IMG/VR virus record: IMGVR_UViG_3300028840_002431
Coordinates: 124,001-188,000 of that record
Strand: one strand, 5' to 3'
DNA length: 64,000 nt
Program-made: the position numbers and the translations under genes
The notes under the pieces: generated by a model
What the model was told of the DNA's origin: nothing
Database searches by the model: none
The model's input: the letters and a program-made list of their open reading frames with translations, nothing else
Shown: piece by piece, positions 61,344 to 64,000 of the stretch
Layout of the letters: each line of letters opens with the position of its first letter
How positions within the stretch are numbered: the stretch's first letter is position 1

Positions 61344-63043
61344 CGTCTGACCGGGATTACGTCCTTACCCCGGAACTTGATTCGATACCCTCTGTCGAGT
61401 TTGACAGCTTCTTCGATCTCTTCGGGTTCAACGTCAAGAAGCTCTGCTAATTCCGCAGCGTCGGCGGGGGAGCGTTTCACGGCACGGACGATGTCCTGGA
61501 CCAGGATGTCAATATCACGTAAGCGGCGGATTGCGTCTTTGTCCATACCTACGTCGCGTATAAAAACAAGCGGGATGCCTTGTGGTTGGCATCCCGCTTG
61601 AGAAGTGGCCTCGTAACCCAGCGCCCTTTCGAGGCCAACCTAAGCAAGGTGGGCCTGGGTCTCGTGTCTTACAGTTCTCCGTACTTGGCAGCGTCACGGG
61701 CAGCGTCGGCCCGCATGATGGCCCGGTCCTGGTCCTCGCACTCTTCGGAGCAGTAGTCCTCATCCCAACAGTGAAGGTCCTCATCCAGCTTGAAAGCGTG
61801 GCCGCACATGGCGCACACGGTCAGCTTCTCGACGCCGTCCGTCTCACCACCGAGCCAGGACTTGGTCCCGTTCACGGGCGGGTAGAAGGGGCCTTCTTCG
61901 GCCTCGACCTCTTTGCCCCCGAACACGCGCCGGGTGGCCTCGATTACGTAACGCTCGCAGCCCTCAATACGCTCGAAGCCAGTCACAATACCTTCGACGT
62001 AACAGGCACGCTCGCCGGACTCGTCCTTGCCGTGGAAGGGGAAGTCGTGGGAGCGGACCGTGTCACCAACTTTGATTTCGTTATTTCCGTTGTTGTTCAT
62101 ATACGGTCTACCCCCATGGTCAGGTGAATCTAAAGTTTAAATTGCCGCTTCCGTGAGTTTTCTGAACTCTCCCATCCAGGAGCGGTCCAGCCGACGGCGC
62201 TTCTTCTGGACCGTGTGAGGCTCACCGTCCTCGTCGATCTCGGTCTTGAAAATCGGATTCGCCTCACGCCATGCGGTTTGGGAAGCCACGAACTCAGCCT
62301 TGTTCTGTTTGGCTTGGGCCACGAGGGCGTCGAAGTCCACGTCGGGAACCTTGCCTGTGTCCAGCCAAGCGTGGATCAGGTAAAAGAAGCGGTCCCGTGG
62401 CTCGAACTCGTAGTCCGACTTCTTGTAGAACTTGACGCTGTTGACGGCGTGGCCGCCCGCAGTCGGCTCCATGCTGATCCGGCCAAGCTGGACACCCTCG
62501 TGCTGGACGAATATTCTCACCCAGCCGCGACCGGCCCGGACCGGTTTAAACCGGTACTCCGGAAAGGCAGACTCTAACGCGGTTTTGAAGGTTTCGATTG
62601 TCGTCATGTTATCGCCCCTGGTAGGAGTAGGCTTCGCCCTCGCTCACCCTGCGGCCCATCTCGCGCTCCAACTCACGAAGCTTTCGGTTCAGGGAGGCAG
62701 CCCGTTTGCGCACCTGAGCGGGCGGCAGTTCGCCGTCGCAACTGAGGTTTTCCGGACTCAGGCAGCAATAGACGCTCAGGATGTCGTCCATGATTTCCGC
62801 TTCGGAACGCTTCGGCTTGGGAGCCTCCGGAGCGGGAGCCGACGACCCGTTGGCCGGGCGGCACAGGCTCTTGGCCACCTTCCATTCGGTGCCGATCGCG
62901 TAGTCCTTCTGGGTGCCCCTGGACTCGTCCTGACGCACCTTCACGGTCTTGCGGTTGACCTTGACCACCGTGCCGTGGGTTTGCTCACCGTTGGGCCGCC
63001 CGAAGACGACCTTCATGCCTTTGTGGAATTCTTGTGTCATCAT
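61340..63043 (-). other. Four minus-strand hypothetical ORFs (61340-61546 HTH-like, 61669-62100, 62137-62607, 62609-63043)
   Basis: ORFs with TTTAGA...GGGGTAGA motifs just upstream of 62100 and 63043. Confidence 0.65.
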
Positions 63044-63145
63044 ACCCGGTCTACCCCTCAGGCCGGGCCAATCTAAAACTTAAATTCAGGAATTTAACCT
63101 TTGAATTCACCCTTCCCTGGCAGTAGTCCAGGAAAGGAGACAATC

Positions 63146-63610
63146 ATGCACGAATCGATAATTGACCCCACCTTCGGCATTTCGAGTGCGGCCAGAGCCG
63201 TAATGGCTCTTCTGGACATCCACCCCCTCAACGTCGTGGACGAAGGCCCGGACGAAAAGGACGTGCGTTTCACGACCTACACGTTCTACCATGGCCGCGA
63301 GAAGGGCATCACCGTCCTCGTGGGCTTCGCGTGCCACAAGAAGGTCCTCGTGGTGTCGTTCGGTGAGTGCGCGAGTAGCGACTCCATCTACCTGGACTCC
63401 TGGACGACCAACATGTCGGTGTACGATCCGCCGACGTGGAGAGACCGGCCCGACGAAGCGGAAGACGAGAGATATACGAGCCGCAACCCTCAGAAAGTGG
63501 CGGACAAGGCCATAACCAAGATGCGGGCCTTCTACAAGGAGTTCAAGCGGTTCAAGCGGGCCAAAGCCAAGACGCGGGCCAAGAGGGCAGAAAATCGTAG
63601 GGCGGCGTAA
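63146..63610 (+). CDS. Hypothetical protein
   Basis: AAGGAG RBS; strong codon bias. Confidence 0.65.
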   Translation: MHESIIDPTFGISSAARAVMALLDIHPLNVVDEGPDEKDVRFTTYTFYHGREKGITVLVGFACHKKVLVVSFGECASSDSIYLDSWTTNMSVYDPPTWRDRPDEAEDERYTSRNPQKVADKAITKMRAFYKEFKRFKRAKAKTRAKRAENRRAA

Positions 63611-64000
63611 AAAAGTTTTTAGGTTCCGGTCGCCCGTCTGTAAGGGGCGTAAGAGGTCTTTGACAAGTCGGTTGTTTGACAGGGGCGTAGCTTAAGGACA
63701 AGCACGGAAAAGCCCGGCTTGGGGCGTACGACCCGAGACGAGAAGTTCACATTAGGCCAATGTGGACGCCGTGTTTGAAAGCGCTCAGCTAATACCTGAG
63801 AGATTTCGGTAGCGCGTAAGCAATCCCGTCCGCCCCTGTGAGACAACCGGCAAAGAAACCAAATGAAATACTCCACAAGATTGGCAAACGAACTCAGGGT
63901 GGCCTTGTTTGACCGGGATGACCAGTCGTTCAAAGACAAAGGGGACCCGGTCTTCTACAGGCCCAAGGATGGTCGCCTGACGGAAGCAAAAGAGACATGG

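Overview
The window looks like the accessory, non-core region of a large (probably jumbo) dsDNA phage: GC-rich, densely packed short ORFs, many stop/start overlaps, and no recognisable capsid, terminase, polymerase or integrase gene. Recognisable products are few. They include a ParB-like protein, a nucleoside deoxyribosyltransferase-like protein, a PG-binding amidase endolysin, a HAD phosphatase, a HEXXH peptidase, a DUF2604-like ubiquitin-like protein, a SWIM protein, a cyclic-phosphate receiver domain, a polynucleotide-kinase-like P-loop protein and an HD-domain alarmone-hydrolase-like protein. Family calls are from motif recognition by eye, not database searches. Two candidate undescribed systems stand out. 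(1) About 58 otherwise unrelated small ORFs share one short, mostly C-terminal peptide tag, [T/N/D/S]-L-[W/F/Y]-D-H-[L/V/I]. Two other terminal tags (MSNPRKAFE, YSYDxR) and distinct promoter-like motifs accompany it, suggesting a peptide address-code or docking system acting on a library of shuffled Zn-finger cassettes. (2) A Cas-less repeat-spacer array at 13774-14247 has 8 copies of a 17-bp repeat. In its middle is a 140-nt structured RNA (26-bp closing stem, UNCG tetraloop) carrying a split anti-repeat complementary to 16 of the 17 repeat bases. The window also holds several ncRNA candidates, a cassette-junction DNA repeat and a dispersed palindrome.
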